Source of the DNA: a virus
DNA length: 64,000 nucleotides
Virus record (IMG/VR): IMGVR_UViG_3300042691_020140
Span: 1-64,000 of that record
Direction: 5' to 3' (one strand)
The notes under the pieces were generated by a model. It did not search any database. It had not been told where the DNA came from and was given only the letters and a program-made list of their open reading frames with translations. Both the position numbers and the translations under genes were made by a program. Numbering within the stretch: the first letter of the stretch is position 1; every line of letters starts with the position of its first letter. Of this stretch, positions 63,983 to 64,000 are shown piece by piece.

Positions 63983-64000
63983 AATATATAAAAACCCTTT

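Noticed and set aside
1-64000. Stop-codon reassignment
   Set aside because: Core genes are full length under the standard code, and TAA, TAG and TGA all end well-supported genes.
1-64000. Integrase, repressor or att sites of a prophage
   Set aside because: No recombinase motifs or host flanks are seen; lifestyle cannot be decided from this window.

Overview
A 64-kb slice of a large tailed dsDNA phage, most likely a siphovirus (1,791-aa tape measure, tail tube, no sheath gene seen), read with the standard genetic code. Bases 1-29,400 (minus strand) carry replication genes (resolvase, DnaB helicase, primase, probable SSB), a GT4 glycosyltransferase and the tail, neck and capsid genes. Bases 29,580-44,590 (plus strand) carry a C5 methyltransferase with an overprinted second ORF, DUF1599, MazG, NrdJ, an intein-containing terminase, portal, lysis genes, a second methyltransferase, and an operon with a structured leader, a BMP lipoprotein, an RNase H-like gene and a VanW-like gene. 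Bases 44,600-46,060 hold an HNH gene enclosed by inverted repeats. The most unusual part is 46,090-63,000: about 29 small transcription units, each with its own promoter, separated by about 60 copies of two G4...C4 pseudo-palindrome families. The units carry helically phased CTCT(C/A)AT boxes in PhoB/OmpR-like geometry, three G-quadruplex motifs, and one unit inverted as a whole. This looks like a modular, shufflable early-gene cassette system. A DnaA-box cluster next to an AT-rich tract near 63.0-63.3 kb is a candidate origin. All calls come from reading motifs by eye; no database searches were run.
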